Counted from the first letter of the stretch, positions 1-9,913 are shown. The stretch is DNA of 64,000 bases from an uncultured virus (IMG/VR IMGVR_UViG_3300025132_000002) (IMGVR_UViG_3300025132_000002); one strand, 5' to 3'. Numbers and translations: made by a program. Notes: generated by a model not told the origin, from the sequence alone.

Positions 1-1401
1 GGGTTTGAACGTCAGATGAAAGCATTTAAAAAGAAAGGCTCCTGGCCCGATACAATGCGAATATTAGAGGTTGTGCGTAAGTACGAAATACCCATGTTTG
101 CCTTGTACCACTCTCTTGCTGGGCCGATGCTCCACTTACTTAGACCCTACGATGTGAAGCCCTCTATGTTAGACGTAGGGGCTCAGACAGGTACCGGTAA
201 GTCTATCACAGCTAAGCTGTATTCATGGGTTTACGGTCGTCCTGGGTTCGGTCCAAGTGACGCCGGAACAACGTGGAATAAATCTATGCGGGAGTTCGAA
301 GAATCGGGCGGCGTATTCGGATCTATTTCTATGGTTGTCGATGACACCAAGCACCAGCTTACAAAGTATGGGGCGAACCGAGGAGTCAAAAACTTAGTTA
401 AGTGTATCTACGCTTGGCACGATGGGGGCGGCTTTGATCGTCTGATGAAAGACGGAAGTAAACGAATAGGGGCTACATGGTGGACTAACGCCATGATAAC
501 TGGCGAAGAGTCTATGAACCGCGTGATCCGCGATGATGAAGGTGCCCGAGCCCGTATTGTGCCGATTGAATACCCGCCGTTCGGTAAGTTCGATCCTGTT
601 GGTACAGGTAAAGATATTAAATGGTTAGACAAAGAGTGCATCAAAGTTTACGGTGTACTAGGCCGTAAGTGGGTTGAGTTTCTTATGAAGCTCCAGGCTG
701 ATGCAGATGAAGATGAATGCCCTGCTATTCTGGCTAACTTATACGAAAGCCACTTGGAAAGGTTGGAAGCTTACGCAGCTTGCTCTGTTGGATCTCGGGT
801 AGCTAAAAGCATTGCCGCAGCTCTCACTGCCGGCGACTTAGCTTGCGACTTTTTGCAGTTACCCAGACCTAAAAGTGACATGCAGCAGCTTGTAAAGAGC
901 ATTATGAAAGATGCTACCTATCAGGCTAACCGTGGAGATCGGGCGCTTCGCAATCTCATTACCAACCTGATGCACCACCCACACAATGTAGTGGGCCTCG
1001 GAGCTACCGAAAACTCTTCTATCTGGGCTGCGTGGCCGCAGAAGGGCAAGCCTTACTTAGTGGTAAGTCAAACACACCTTAAATACTTCTTAGCAGAAGA
1101 AGGCGTATCTTTCCGGCAGACTATTACAGCTTGGATGAAGAACGGCTACTTCCTGTTCGACGGTACAGCTAACTACGACGATAAGAACTTTGATGATTGG
1201 GTAAAGCATACTAAGACCACCGAAAGGCGAATACTTCCAGGCGGGGCAAGACGTACCGTTAGCGGCTTCAGGATCAATGCTAAATACTTTAGAGACCTGA
1301 TAGCCGATGACGAAATGCTTAACGCCCCTGAAGAAGAACCCAACTACAGAACCACACCAGCACCCCAGGAAGTTATAGACGCCCCGAAGGTTAAGTGGTA
1401 G
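1..1401 (+). CDS. DUF927-family replicative helicase/primase-helicase, C-terminal part (5' truncated by window)
   Basis: Frame is open from base 1; Walker A GAQTGTGKS, Walker B-like MVVDD, TGE and GARARI motifs typical of DUF927/Cch-like helicases. Confidence 0.7.
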   Translation, partial: GFERQMKAFKKKGSWPDTMRILEVVRKYEIPMFALYHSLAGPMLHLLRPYDVKPSMLDVGAQTGTGKSITAKLYSWVYGRPGFGPSDAGTTWNKSMREFEESGGVFGSISMVVDDTKHQLTKYGANRGVKNLVKCIYAWHDGGGFDRLMKDGSKRIGATWWTNAMITGEESMNRVIRDDEGARARIVPIEYPPFGKFDPVGTGKDIKWLDKECIKVYGVLGRKWVEFLMKLQADADEDECPAILANLYESHLERLEAYAACSVGSRVAKSIAAALTAGDLACDFLQLPRPKSDMQQLVKSIMKDATYQANRGDRALRNLITNLMHHPHNVVGLGATENSSIWAAWPQKGKPYLVVSQTHLKYFLAEEGVSFRQTITAWMKNGYFLFDGTANYDDKNFDDWVKHTKTTERRILPGGARRTVSGFRINAKYFRDLIADDEMLNAPEEEPNYRTTPAPQEVIDAPKVKW

Positions 1402-1407
1402 CGGTTG

Positions 1408-1926
1408 CTATTTCTTTGGGGGGTCTAAGTTAGGGTCCGCTTTTTTACCTGTTTTATACAGCATGTACCCTTCTTCTACATACATAGGTCTCATGCTGCG
1501 GTAGCGGGATTTAGGTACGTCGTCTACAGACTGAAGTTTGAGCGGGTCTTGCATAATATCATCTAATAAGCCTTCAAAAGCTTTCATGTCTGAGCCTGCA
1601 ATATTATGCAGCTCAAACCCGATTGAGTTGTTGTGCAGATCCATTGCTTGATCTACGTCTCTACGAGATAGAGACCCTTGAAAATACTCTTTAAGCTGCG
1701 CTAAGTTCTTAGACCAATTCGGCGCGTAACCCCGGCGATCATCTGCCGCCGCAGCTAAATAACCTAACGCTACATGTCTTGCGGCGTCACCCTGGTTACC
1801 GGTGCCCCCTGCTGTACCAACTCCACCGTATTTAACCCCTAATGAGTTAGCCCACTTTACGTCTTCTGCGGTTACTCCCGCAAAAGGCTCGGACGTTACA
1901 GCGTAAAAATAATCCAGAGGGTTCAT
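1408..1926 (-). CDS. DUF6973-like protein (DAxRH...MDxxNN motif)
   Basis: GDAARH and MDLHNNSIG motifs; start moved to ATG at 1926 (MNPLDY) after a GAGG RBS. Confidence 0.55.
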   Translation of the reverse strand: MNPLDYFYAVTSEPFAGVTAEDVKWANSLGVKYGGVGTAGGTGNQGDAARHVALGYLAAAADDRRGYAPNWSKNLAQLKEYFQGSLSRRDVDQAMDLHNNSIGFELHNIAGSDMKAFEGLLDDIMQDPLKLQSVDDVPKSRYRSMRPMYVEEGYMLYKTGKKADPNLDPPKK

Positions 1927-2035
1927 GTTACCTCGCAAAAATGCCCGCGATACATTGAAATTAGGTCCATACCTGCAAGGAAACCTAACACAATGTATCG
2001 CGAGCAGCAAGGCGCTCTAAGCGACAGTAACCGTA

Positions 2036-2572
2036 TCAGTCTGCGTCTTCACGGTTGAAGTCAGCAACAACACGGGGGTGCTCCATGTTCACGGAGTACA
2101 CAGCCTTCTTGCCCCGACCATCCTTGTTAAGAAAGCCTGCGGCTGCGTAAGAGCGAAGGACGTTGATGGCGTTACCCTTACCGTCGATACCAGTAGAGGT
2201 AACAACGTCGGCCCAACCTTCATCATCATGGGTCACTTCGTTCACCGAAGTGATGTACTGGAGACGTTCCAGTCGAGCCTGCGAGAACTTGTACGAAGGT
2301 TCGTTACGAACCCAAGTAACCGTAGGCATGATAAGGGGCAGCGAGTCAGGAGCAGCAAGACCGGCAGCAGCAAAAGCGTCAACCAGAGCTGGGCGAAGCT
2401 CGTCAATAGCGGCTTCGTTTGCTTCCAGGGCGTCTTCTAAAGAGCCGACACCTTCGATCTGGGCAATGATTGCGGCGCGCTCAGACAAAAGCTGGGTGTG
2501 CTGGTTAAGGGCAGCGGTAACACCACTGGCGGGAGTTGCGGGAGGTGCGGCTTCAACAGCTTCTTCAGACAT
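2036..2572 (-). CDS. Hypothetical protein, coiled coil plus possible C-terminal winged helix
   Basis: ATG at 2572 (MSEEAV) after GGAG; codon usage resembles the capsid gene. Confidence 0.55.
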   Translation of the reverse strand: MSEEAVEAAPPATPASGVTAALNQHTQLLSERAAIIAQIEGVGSLEDALEANEAAIDELRPALVDAFAAAGLAAPDSLPLIMPTVTWVRNEPSYKFSQARLERLQYITSVNEVTHDDEGWADVVTSTGIDGKGNAINVLRSYAAAGFLNKDGRGKKAVYSVNMEHPRVVADFNREDAD

Positions 2573-2733
2573 ATTAAACTCCAAAGCCTCTACAGGAGGC
2601 CATGTATTTTGGTTGTATAGTTTCTGCGGGATAGGTCCGCCCGTCCCACTCCAATCTCTTATGCGGTAGAATAGAAGTCGGCAAGGGTAAAGTACCCATT
2701 TTAGGTAGAAAATTATTCTACTCCGGTAGCGTC

Positions 2734-2985
2734 TCACTCTATTTGCTCAGACTCTAAGAGTAATGCGGGGCCAACAATCAACATTTTCGCTGTTCGGCTC
2801 GCGGGGATATTTACCAGCAGATTTTTCAGCCGCCCCTCTTCGTTCACCGCCAATAGCTTGTTATCTTTAAGCGTAACGATTTCTACATATCCCTCTACGT
2901 ATTTTTGTAGTTCCTCTAAAGAGAATGTGTCTCCTTTAGGTTCTACGGTTTTTTCTTCCCCTTCAACAGTAAATAGTGTAGCCAT
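2734..2985 (-). CDS. DUF3846-domain protein
   Basis: LEELQKYVEGYVE...VNEEG...N..AS...IVGPALL pattern. Confidence 0.75.
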   Translation of the reverse strand: MATLFTVEGEEKTVEPKGDTFSLEELQKYVEGYVEIVTLKDNKLLAVNEEGRLKNLLVNIPASRTAKMLIVGPALLLESEQIE

Positions 2986-4010
2986 TACTTTGTAACCTCA
3001 CAAATGAAAATATGTTCTTTATTTTTAAGGTGGCTTATTTCACCGACCTTGTTTCCTTCCAAGTCATGTATGCCTATTTGGGCTCCTACATATCTGTCAT
3101 AGTCGTAACTGGACACCTCCACGTTACCTCGTGTTGATAGCATCTTAATCATTTCATCTCGACTTATGTAACCTTCGTTACTAAACGAGACAACTATATG
3201 CTTAGCCTTGACTGACTGAATGACATTCAACATAGCATCATGGGCTTTGCGCTTAAAGTTAAAGTCTGACTTAAAGTCTTTGTCTTTAACATCAATTCTT
3301 TTACGGGCTTTGCCGTATGCTTCCGGCTTATCCCATCTACACAGAGTCTCCCATATATGGTAGTTACCCCGGTAATTGTGTTGGTTGTAGGGAGGATCCA
3401 TATACACAACATCAACCGGGGCCGGGCGAGCAGTGAAGAACGTAGCCGCGTCACCGCATCTGGCGGCCCCCTGCGGCCCGTCAGGCATCTCCAGAGGGCG
3501 CATGTGGAGGTCGTTGTGGGAGCGCTTGCACCAGTGTTTTAGATAGGCCATCTGCACACCAGTCGTGTTGTCTACCCTATCCGCAGCCTCCATTAACGAC
3601 ACTAAGTAAGCTAAGTAAAACTTATCGTAGGGCTTGCCCTGCTCGATAGCCTCTCGGATCGTGTCAACCCTACTACCATTTTTAGGTTGAAAAAACATAG
3701 CATCTATACAAAACGTCTGCGTGAAGTAGCCTAATGTGCCTTCCTTGACTGCATTGAACCGGGCCAATGAAGGCTTCATGTACTTGGCAGCTTCAGCGTT
3801 GTCAAACTTTAGGTACGCAGAAGCTACACAGTAAGCATAGTAGTTTAAATCATTGGCAGTTACTACGTAACCACAACTACGCAGATGCTTAGACACATGG
3901 CCGGCTCCGCTAAACAGATCGACTACCGACGCCCCAGGAGGGGCGCAATGTCTAATCGCTGCCTCAACCTGGGGCAGAAGCTTACGCTTGGAGCCGATGT
4001 ATTTAATCAT
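2985..4010 (-). CDS. DNA adenine methyltransferase (D12 class)
   Basis: YIGSK, DLFSGAG (motif I), DPPY (motif IV), YHIWET. Confidence 0.9.
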   Translation of the reverse strand: MIKYIGSKRKLLPQVEAAIRHCAPPGASVVDLFSGAGHVSKHLRSCGYVVTANDLNYYAYCVASAYLKFDNAEAAKYMKPSLARFNAVKEGTLGYFTQTFCIDAMFFQPKNGSRVDTIREAIEQGKPYDKFYLAYLVSLMEAADRVDNTTGVQMAYLKHWCKRSHNDLHMRPLEMPDGPQGAARCGDAATFFTARPAPVDVVYMDPPYNQHNYRGNYHIWETLCRWDKPEAYGKARKRIDVKDKDFKSDFNFKRKAHDAMLNVIQSVKAKHIVVSFSNEGYISRDEMIKMLSTRGNVEVSSYDYDRYVGAQIGIHDLEGNKVGEISHLKNKEHIFICEVTK

Positions 4011-4489
4011 AAGTCTATAACACCCTTAGCAGCTTTAGCTTTTTCAATTGATTCCATCTTAGTCATAAGAGCGCTGTTAATCATATAGATTTCACAGTTA
4101 GTGGTATACTGCGTGTAGTCAAACGCTGCAAAAACCTCTTCGTCTCTCCAGATCCGCTTATCCATTCTGCCCGTAAGGAACTCACTTTGGGGTGTGCTAT
4201 CCCCCCAACCTGCCTCAAAGGTATTCATCAGGTAACCACAATCGCTGTAACTGTTGCCCACTACCACCACTGCGTAAAAGATTTCATGGTAGTAAGCGTA
4301 AGCAACATCAACCGTAACTTCTCCGATAGTCTGTTCACAGACCCAGGCAATACCTTCGTCATTACCCTCTACGCAGTTTTTTGTTGGGGCGGGGAATGTT
4401 CTATATGCTCCCCACTTTACGCCCTTGTAACCATCTGCAAGTGGCCCTGCAATAGCAGTAGAAATAATAAAACTAAAAATACTTGTCAT
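4007..4489 (-). CDS. Hypothetical exported protein
   Basis: N-terminal hydrophobic signal-like segment; overlaps the MTase start. Confidence 0.55.
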   Translation of the reverse strand: MTSIFSFIISTAIAGPLADGYKGVKWGAYRTFPAPTKNCVEGNDEGIAWVCEQTIGEVTVDVAYAYYHEIFYAVVVVGNSYSDCGYLMNTFEAGWGDSTPQSEFLTGRMDKRIWRDEEVFAAFDYTQYTTNCEIYMINSALMTKMESIEKAKAAKGVIDL

Positions 4490-4497
4490 GCTTTATG

Positions 4498-4998
4498 TTA
4501 CCTCTTCAGTCTGTGGGCATACTTATCTAAGAACAGATCAGCGTCTTCGCGATTAGTGCCTCTAAAAGACACGTCAAGCTGTTCGCAACAATGGCGAATC
4601 AAAGCCCGTTGCTTACCTGAGATACCGCCGAACTTGACCATATAGGCTTCAGCCTGTTGGGCGGATTTCTCAGCGAGATTACGGCGCTTCTGGATAGATT
4701 CAAAATACTTGCTCGAAAATCTTGCACATCCCCCAAAAGCTCCAGCAGCAGTAGCGCTGTTGAAGTTAAACACTTCAATCATTGACTCAGGTTCAGGTTG
4801 CTTGTCGCCATCTTCGTTAATAACGATAGACGCCCGATAGCCTTCCTCTTCGTCGTCCAACTCTACGCAGATCCAGAAATGCCCCACAAGCTGAGTCATA
4901 AACTGTAATCGCCCGTCACAATCTTCTTCGATGAATGTGAAGTTCAAGACATGCTTTAGCTCGTCTCTCAGAGCCTCGTTACTAAATAAGTGCTTCAT
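4498..4998 (-). CDS. Hypothetical protein
   Basis: ATG at 4998 after GGAG; fills the operon gap. Confidence 0.55.
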   Translation of the reverse strand: MKHLFSNEALRDELKHVLNFTFIEEDCDGRLQFMTQLVGHFWICVELDDEEEGYRASIVINEDGDKQPEPESMIEVFNFNSATAAGAFGGCARFSSKYFESIQKRRNLAEKSAQQAEAYMVKFGGISGKQRALIRHCCEQLDVSFRGTNREDADLFLDKYAHRLKR

Positions 4999-5000
4999 GT

Positions 5001-6269
5001 TTATGCTCCATAAGTAATAAAACAATTTTGTTGGTATCGCGACATGCCTGTATAAGGGTGCCGCAAAAAAGCAAAAGGATTGTCAGGATCTCTAAGCCCG
5101 TTGATTGACCGTTCCCAAACATACAAAACATTAGCCCATTGTGAGCCTTGCGCCTTATGCGCAGTCATTGTGTAAGAATAATCTACATTAACAATGTTTC
5201 GCAGCAACGTAGACAACCTACGTTTGTTCTTGCCTCCAATCTTTCTCAAAGCCTTGTTAACAGGTCCGACAACTTTACCCCAACCTTTTTCAAGGGCTGA
5301 CACCGAAATGACACAAGACCGACCGTCTTCAGCAGTTACAGTAGTTAGGTTAAGTCTACTGGGACTAAGACGTTCAATCTCTTCAAACTGAGTTCCGGTA
5401 TACGGTTCGTAATGAGCTACAATAAATGTATCGCCGTTGATAAAGTTACCTGCGTTTGAAGTAGAGATTAGCTTTTCTCCGACCACTAACGGTCCTTGTT
5501 GCATGTAACCTTTGTGGAATCTGATGTTAGCGTTTAGTGCGATTCGGGTTTTGTTTCTATGTACGATAATCTGGCCTTCGTTGCCTTGACCATAAGCATC
5601 TACAAAGCGCTTCCACACTCTGTCTGACATCTCCCCCACCGCCTTCATCTCAGTGTCCGCAGACTTTTGATCTGAGTTATTAGACAGGTAACTGCGCAGG
5701 GCCGAATAGTTAGTAACCTCCTTGTTTCTAATGGCGGTTAGCGCTTGGACGCCGATGCCGGCTGTCTGCCGGTGAATCTCCGTATAGGTGAACGATGTAT
5801 CTTCGGGCTTGAAAAATGGTGAGTCTTTCACCGGGGGCAACTGAAACGGGTCTTTTGTTACGAACAGTTTACATCGAGCTGTATCAAGCTGTTCCTGTAG
5901 CCGAGAGCCCAGGTACGTACCAACCATGGAAGCCTCATCGAGCCACACAATACCGTTACGCGGTAGCTTGTCAGCCCTCCAGTTACCAAACTGTAGTCTG
6001 CCGTCCTCGTCCATGTAAGCCCGTCCTGAGATCGCCCCATGGATAGACTTACCTGTAATGTGCGTTCGCTGCACAGCTACCTTGACAGACAGCCAAGTAG
6101 GGCCGAGCATCATTACCTCGTCACCCTTCCATTCATTTTCAAGCAGCCATTCCACAATGGCGGTTTTGCCCGTTCCGGCGTACCCGTCAATGATCCCGGT
6201 ACCCGTCTCATTCATATCTGTCAGGGCTGCTGTCAGCCCTTCCATCTGATGGTCTGTAGGTGTAATCAC
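5001..6269 (-). CDS. RecD/Dda-like SF1B DNA helicase
   Basis: GYAGTGKT, DEASMV, DPFQLPPV, EIHRQ, TAHKAQGSQW motifs. Confidence 0.9.
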   Translation of the reverse strand: MITPTDHQMEGLTAALTDMNETGTGIIDGYAGTGKTAIVEWLLENEWKGDEVMMLGPTWLSVKVAVQRTHITGKSIHGAISGRAYMDEDGRLQFGNWRADKLPRNGIVWLDEASMVGTYLGSRLQEQLDTARCKLFVTKDPFQLPPVKDSPFFKPEDTSFTYTEIHRQTAGIGVQALTAIRNKEVTNYSALRSYLSNNSDQKSADTEMKAVGEMSDRVWKRFVDAYGQGNEGQIIVHRNKTRIALNANIRFHKGYMQQGPLVVGEKLISTSNAGNFINGDTFIVAHYEPYTGTQFEEIERLSPSRLNLTTVTAEDGRSCVISVSALEKGWGKVVGPVNKALRKIGGKNKRRLSTLLRNIVNVDYSYTMTAHKAQGSQWANVLYVWERSINGLRDPDNPFAFLRHPYTGMSRYQQNCFITYGA

Positions 6270-6946
6270 GCCGCCTCCCTAACAATGCCAGAAAAGTTAT
6301 AAATATATACGTTTTCAGTATGGGTGGTCACCCACTTATCATTGACCTTGCCTGAATACTTCACTTCAGTAACTTCAACCAATGTCATCTCAACATCGTG
6401 AACTGCAAGCTCGACTGAAGCCGCGCCCTCAACAGTAACGCTAAAGGTACCGTCTACTTCCATAAGCTCTTTTAGTTCTTCGTCCGTCAAAATAGTCTTT
6501 GACGCTTCCCACCATTCTATCGGGCCTTCTACAACTTCATACTCATAGTCAGGCTGAGTATGAAAACCAGGGCAACCTTGGTACTCGTAGTGACCAATAC
6601 CGTTATCAACCCAGTTACCATTTACGTATTCTGGGGCGTCACCCATAGCTTGGTCTAAAGTGTGGGAGCAGGAGGCAACAACTTTTTTGGGGTCGTTCCA
6701 CTCAGTCAATCTCTTTTGGTTACGTTCGATAAAGGTTAGGTCTGGTGTGTAATAGACAGGGATGCTTGTCACCTGAGAAGCTTCGTGAAAAAAGCCTTCC
6801 TCTACAAGCGCCTTCATTGTAAAGTGTTGCAGGTCGTCATCGTACTTAACGTACTCTTTGACCATATCGATCATGCGCTCACCGTCTGCCTCGACAGCAA
6901 ACAGCTCTTTCACACGTTGTAGAAATCGTAGTTCGTTAACATTCAT
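6266..6946 (-). CDS. Hypothetical protein
   Basis: 226-aa ORF with TTGGAGA RBS; 4-nt overlap with the helicase start. Confidence 0.65.
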   Translation of the reverse strand: MNVNELRFLQRVKELFAVEADGERMIDMVKEYVKYDDDLQHFTMKALVEEGFFHEASQVTSIPVYYTPDLTFIERNQKRLTEWNDPKKVVASCSHTLDQAMGDAPEYVNGNWVDNGIGHYEYQGCPGFHTQPDYEYEVVEGPIEWWEASKTILTDEELKELMEVDGTFSVTVEGAASVELAVHDVEMTLVEVTEVKYSGKVNDKWVTTHTENVYIYNFSGIVREAA

Positions 6947-6979
6947 AGTCAGTCTCCAATAATAAAGTATGTTAATAGT

Positions 6980-7234
6980 TCATTCAGAATGTTTGCGTGC
7001 CGTCCAAGCTCTGCGGCACGAGGAAAGATACCCCATGAAAACGTGTTCGTCAAGGGCCGGGTCAGCAGAAATCACACAAACTGAGCCGGGAGAAAGCACC
7101 ACATCGCCTTTCACCATATGACTTAGAGTGTCAGCCCAGGCCGTAGCCTTTTTAGCTTTTTCGTGGTCCGCCCCCATAATAAAACCAAAAACAAAAATAC
7201 AAAGGCATAATAGGATAATCAAAAACTTTTCCAT
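6980..7234 (-). CDS. Hypothetical membrane protein
   Basis: N-terminal TM segment; GGAGAG RBS. Confidence 0.55.
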   Translation of the reverse strand: MEKFLIILLCLCIFVFGFIMGADHEKAKKATAWADTLSHMVKGDVVLSPGSVCVISADPALDEHVFMGYLSSCRRAWTARKHSE

Positions 7235-7567
7235 TTACTCTCCATTTTTTAGCATTTCAAACCTACACCATGATTGTTTTAACTGATTATAAAAAGGACT
7301 GAAATACGATGGTATTGTTACGTCTGCCCTTTTAAACTTTTCTTGGAACTGTTCTACTGGCCGCGCCCAGAATCTAAACATACCGTGACTGCGGCCTGCA
7401 TAAACAGCCAGTGTAGGAAACTTGGCGTCATCGTAAGATTCACTATTAACTACAAACAGAAGTAAGTATAATCTGCCTGAGTGGTGTCTGTAAAACTGAA
7501 AAGGTTGCAATAAACTAATCGCCATTATTATTCCTGCTGTCGAATACAGAAGCCATAGCTGATCCAA
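7235..7567 (-). CDS. DUF1653-like protein
   Basis: YRHHSGRLY...VY...WARPVEQFQEKF pattern; true start may be ~7525. Confidence 0.5.
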   Translation of the reverse strand: MDQLWLLYSTAGIIMAISLLQPFQFYRHHSGRLYLLLFVVNSESYDDAKFPTLAVYAGRSHGMFRFWARPVEQFQEKFKRADVTIPSYFSPFYNQLKQSWCRFEMLKNGE

Positions 7568-8240
7568 GTATGCCTGTTAACACAAGCAGCACTCTTTCTA
7601 TCATAGCCAAACCTTCAGGGTCAGTAGTACCAGTAACCCATTGAGCTACAATCAGCACACCTAACAGGGCTATCAACCCTACTGTGCCTGCGAATATCTG
7701 ACGTAATAAAGTTATTTGTCCTGACAATCTTTTTTGTTTAAGTAATCCATCTTCTGCTGCTTCTCTTGCGCTTTCAGCTTCTTTCATAGAAACTTCTGCG
7801 CAACTTACAGCTTCAGCTAACTTAGCCTCACGTTCTACGTCATCGCTTCTGTCCATAAAGAACGCAAGAAAGTACCGCTCATCGTCATTACGAATATCGC
7901 ACACATTAGCGTATACGTATGTAGGCTTTCCATCAGCTTTAACCCCTGTTACAGCCCGCCAGCTACCCATAATACTACTGCTTCTTACGGACCCCCCGTT
8001 AGCTCTGTCCACATAAGCGGACACATTAGCCTTATGGTCCTTAGCAATGGTGGGAGGCATTAGCGATCTTACATCTAACGCAATCATAGCTCGCTGAGAT
8101 GGGTAACCAAACAAAGTTACAGCCGGGCCATTAGCGTACAAAATAGATACACTACCACCACCCTCAACAGGCACAGACCCTACAATCATAGCTATCTGTG
8201 CTCTGTCTCCTATATATTCGATGGTCTCTATTACTCGCAT
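7515..8240 (-). CDS. PAS domain (FixL-like) + coiled coil + two C-terminal TM helices
   Basis: ILYANGPAVTLFGY, LMPP..AKDH, IMG..R.VTG.KADG PAS motifs; two hydrophobic C-terminal helices. Confidence 0.75.
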   Translation of the reverse strand: MRVIETIEYIGDRAQIAMIVGSVPVEGGGSVSILYANGPAVTLFGYPSQRAMIALDVRSLMPPTIAKDHKANVSAYVDRANGGSVRSSSIMGSWRAVTGVKADGKPTYVYANVCDIRNDDERYFLAFFMDRSDDVEREAKLAEAVSCAEVSMKEAESAREAAEDGLLKQKRLSGQITLLRQIFAGTVGLIALLGVLIVAQWVTGTTDPEGLAMIERVLLVLTGILGSAMASVFDSRNNNGD

Positions 8241-8313
8241 TAGCGTTAGCTCTCACTGGATTATGAATAACCTAATCCCGGTGTGGCCTTTATAACGTGC
8301 CCCACGTGGGCGC

Positions 8314-8706
8314 TCAACAATTATCTACCTGAACATTATAGTATTTAGCCCATTCTTTCAGCTCTTTCCAGGCGATAAACTCCCCACTGTTAGTATCCCA
8401 GTTTTCTTCAGCATCGTGCATTTGCTGCATACGCTTCAAAAAATACCCCGAACGGTCTTTGTTTTTGCCCTCAACAATAATTTTACCTTCGTGCACGAGG
8501 TCTAACGCAGACTTACCGTTATCCCATTCATGCTCAAACTTGTCGTCTGGAATCAGCAGCCCAATGAAACACTTAGCCCCGTCCGGCCCCCTGTACAAAC
8601 ACTTAGACCCAATGCCGTTGGCATGAGGTACAGCGCTTTGCCGCCCGCCGTTCTTTAGGTGGTTAAAAACTGTTGTGTACACATATTGCGAACTAACCGT
8701 AATCAT
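8314..8706 (-). CDS. Phage hypothetical protein (paralog of 8703-9092)
   Basis: CLYRGPDGAKCFIG...MQQMHD. Confidence 0.7.
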   Translation of the reverse strand: MITVSSQYVYTTVFNHLKNGGRQSAVPHANGIGSKCLYRGPDGAKCFIGLLIPDDKFEHEWDNGKSALDLVHEGKIIVEGKNKDRSGYFLKRMQQMHDAEENWDTNSGEFIAWKELKEWAKYYNVQVDNC

Positions 8707-9092
8707 ACCGACACCTCAAACTCTTTAGCCCATGCTTCAAGTACGCCCCAAGCCGCAAACTCTCCGTCATCTTCCCAATTATACGGCGTATCGTGGATTT
8801 CCTGTAGCTTGGACAAAGCATCTGAAAAGTCGTACCCGCTGTGCGGTCCCGTGTCATCTTGTCCGATGACATTCATACGGATCAAGTCACCTGACGCTAC
8901 GCCGTTTTCCAGGGAAGCATCATACATTTCGTCAGTAATCATTAGTCCGATGAAGCACTTAGCGCCATCTGCCCCATGGTACATACACTGAGGGGAGCCT
9001 AAACAGTAATCTTTTGCTAACGATTGCTTACCGCCTGCTTTAAGGTGTGTCACGATAGTCGTGTACAACTCGTCCAATGTAAACTTAATCAT
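8703..9092 (-). CDS. Phage hypothetical protein (paralog of 8314-8706)
   Basis: CMYHGADGAKCFIG...LQEIHD. Confidence 0.7.
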   Translation of the reverse strand: MIKFTLDELYTTIVTHLKAGGKQSLAKDYCLGSPQCMYHGADGAKCFIGLMITDEMYDASLENGVASGDLIRMNVIGQDDTGPHSGYDFSDALSKLQEIHDTPYNWEDDGEFAAWGVLEAWAKEFEVSV

Positions 9093-9610
9093 ACTGCCTC
9101 CAAACTATTCATGTATTCATGCCACCAAGGGGGCGGCTCCCGTCTTGTCCAAACTGCGAATCTTACTTTCTCCCCCATGTAATACGCTCGGTAAGATGAT
9201 GCAACACATTTTTGTTTGTATTCATCAGGCATAGCAAGAGCAAAAGGTGTAGGGTCTTCTGAGGGGAACGCTGTATCAACGTCCAAACCTACAGCCCATT
9301 TAATAACCGCCTCTGACTTGTGAGTCTTACCGTAGCGGTACGTGTATTCCTTTGCCAGTGACAGCCCATGAATACCCAACCAGTGGTAGTTAAACAATGA
9401 CTGCCGGGCCCAGATAGTACAGGGGTGATTTACGTGACACTTACGGTAGGGGATGTCTGCCGGATCAATGTCCAGCTTACCCTGCTCCCGCAATACATGA
9501 GCAGTAGTACAAAGTAGCTGAGCTGTTTCAAGTGTCATCTTAACAACATGCTTGTTACATAGCTGCTGTGCCGCAAGCTCTGGGTTTCTGTGTACTACAA
9601 AAATATTCAT
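9089..9610 (-). CDS. Pyrimidine-dimer DNA glycosylase / endonuclease V-like protein
   Basis: MNIF...KHVVKMTLETAQLL, YRKCHVNHPCTIW, EYTYRYGKTH, AMPDEY motifs. Confidence 0.8.
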   Translation of the reverse strand: MNIFVVHRNPELAAQQLCNKHVVKMTLETAQLLCTTAHVLREQGKLDIDPADIPYRKCHVNHPCTIWARQSLFNYHWLGIHGLSLAKEYTYRYGKTHKSEAVIKWAVGLDVDTAFPSEDPTPFALAMPDEYKQKCVASSYRAYYMGEKVRFAVWTRREPPPWWHEYMNSLEAV

Positions 9611-9634
9611 ACATCTCTCCAATGGTTAAGGTAG

Positions 9635-9708
9635 TGGGCTCTCTCGGGCTTGAACCGAGGACCATCCGGTTATGAGCCGGGTGCTCTGACCAACTGAGCT
9701 AAGAGCCC
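9635..9708 (-). tRNA. tRNA-Ile2/Met (CAT), Ile2-like
   Basis: Cloverleaf GGGCTCTTAGCTCAG...GGCTCATAACC...GGTTCAAGCCC...GAGCCCA; CCA not encoded. Confidence 0.9.
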
Positions 9709-9902
9709 GTATTAGGTAGAGGGCAATCTACAATGACTCCCTCTTTATAATTTAGTTTCTTTCTTACTTTTACAGAACCTTCGGGTGTTTCAACAGAACA
9801 AGTGTTTTTATTGCACTGGTCTATAACACACTCAGGAGCATCAGGCAACTCAGGATTAGAGCTACCAACAACAAAAGCAAACAGGGTAAACATATTAGTC
9901 AC
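9699..9902 (-). CDS. Small Cys-containing hypothetical protein
   Basis: ORF between tRNAs; last codons overlap the tRNA 5' end. Confidence 0.4.
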   Translation of the reverse strand: MTNMFTLFAFVVGSSNPELPDAPECVIDQCNKNTCSVETPEGSVKVRKKLNYKEGVIVDCPLPNTGS

Positions 9903-9913
9903 TTATAAGGTAG

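Noticed and set aside
2078..2669. Plus-strand ORFs opposite 2036-2572, and similar antisense ORFs throughout the window
   Set aside because: They overlap better-supported genes that have RBS and operon coupling.
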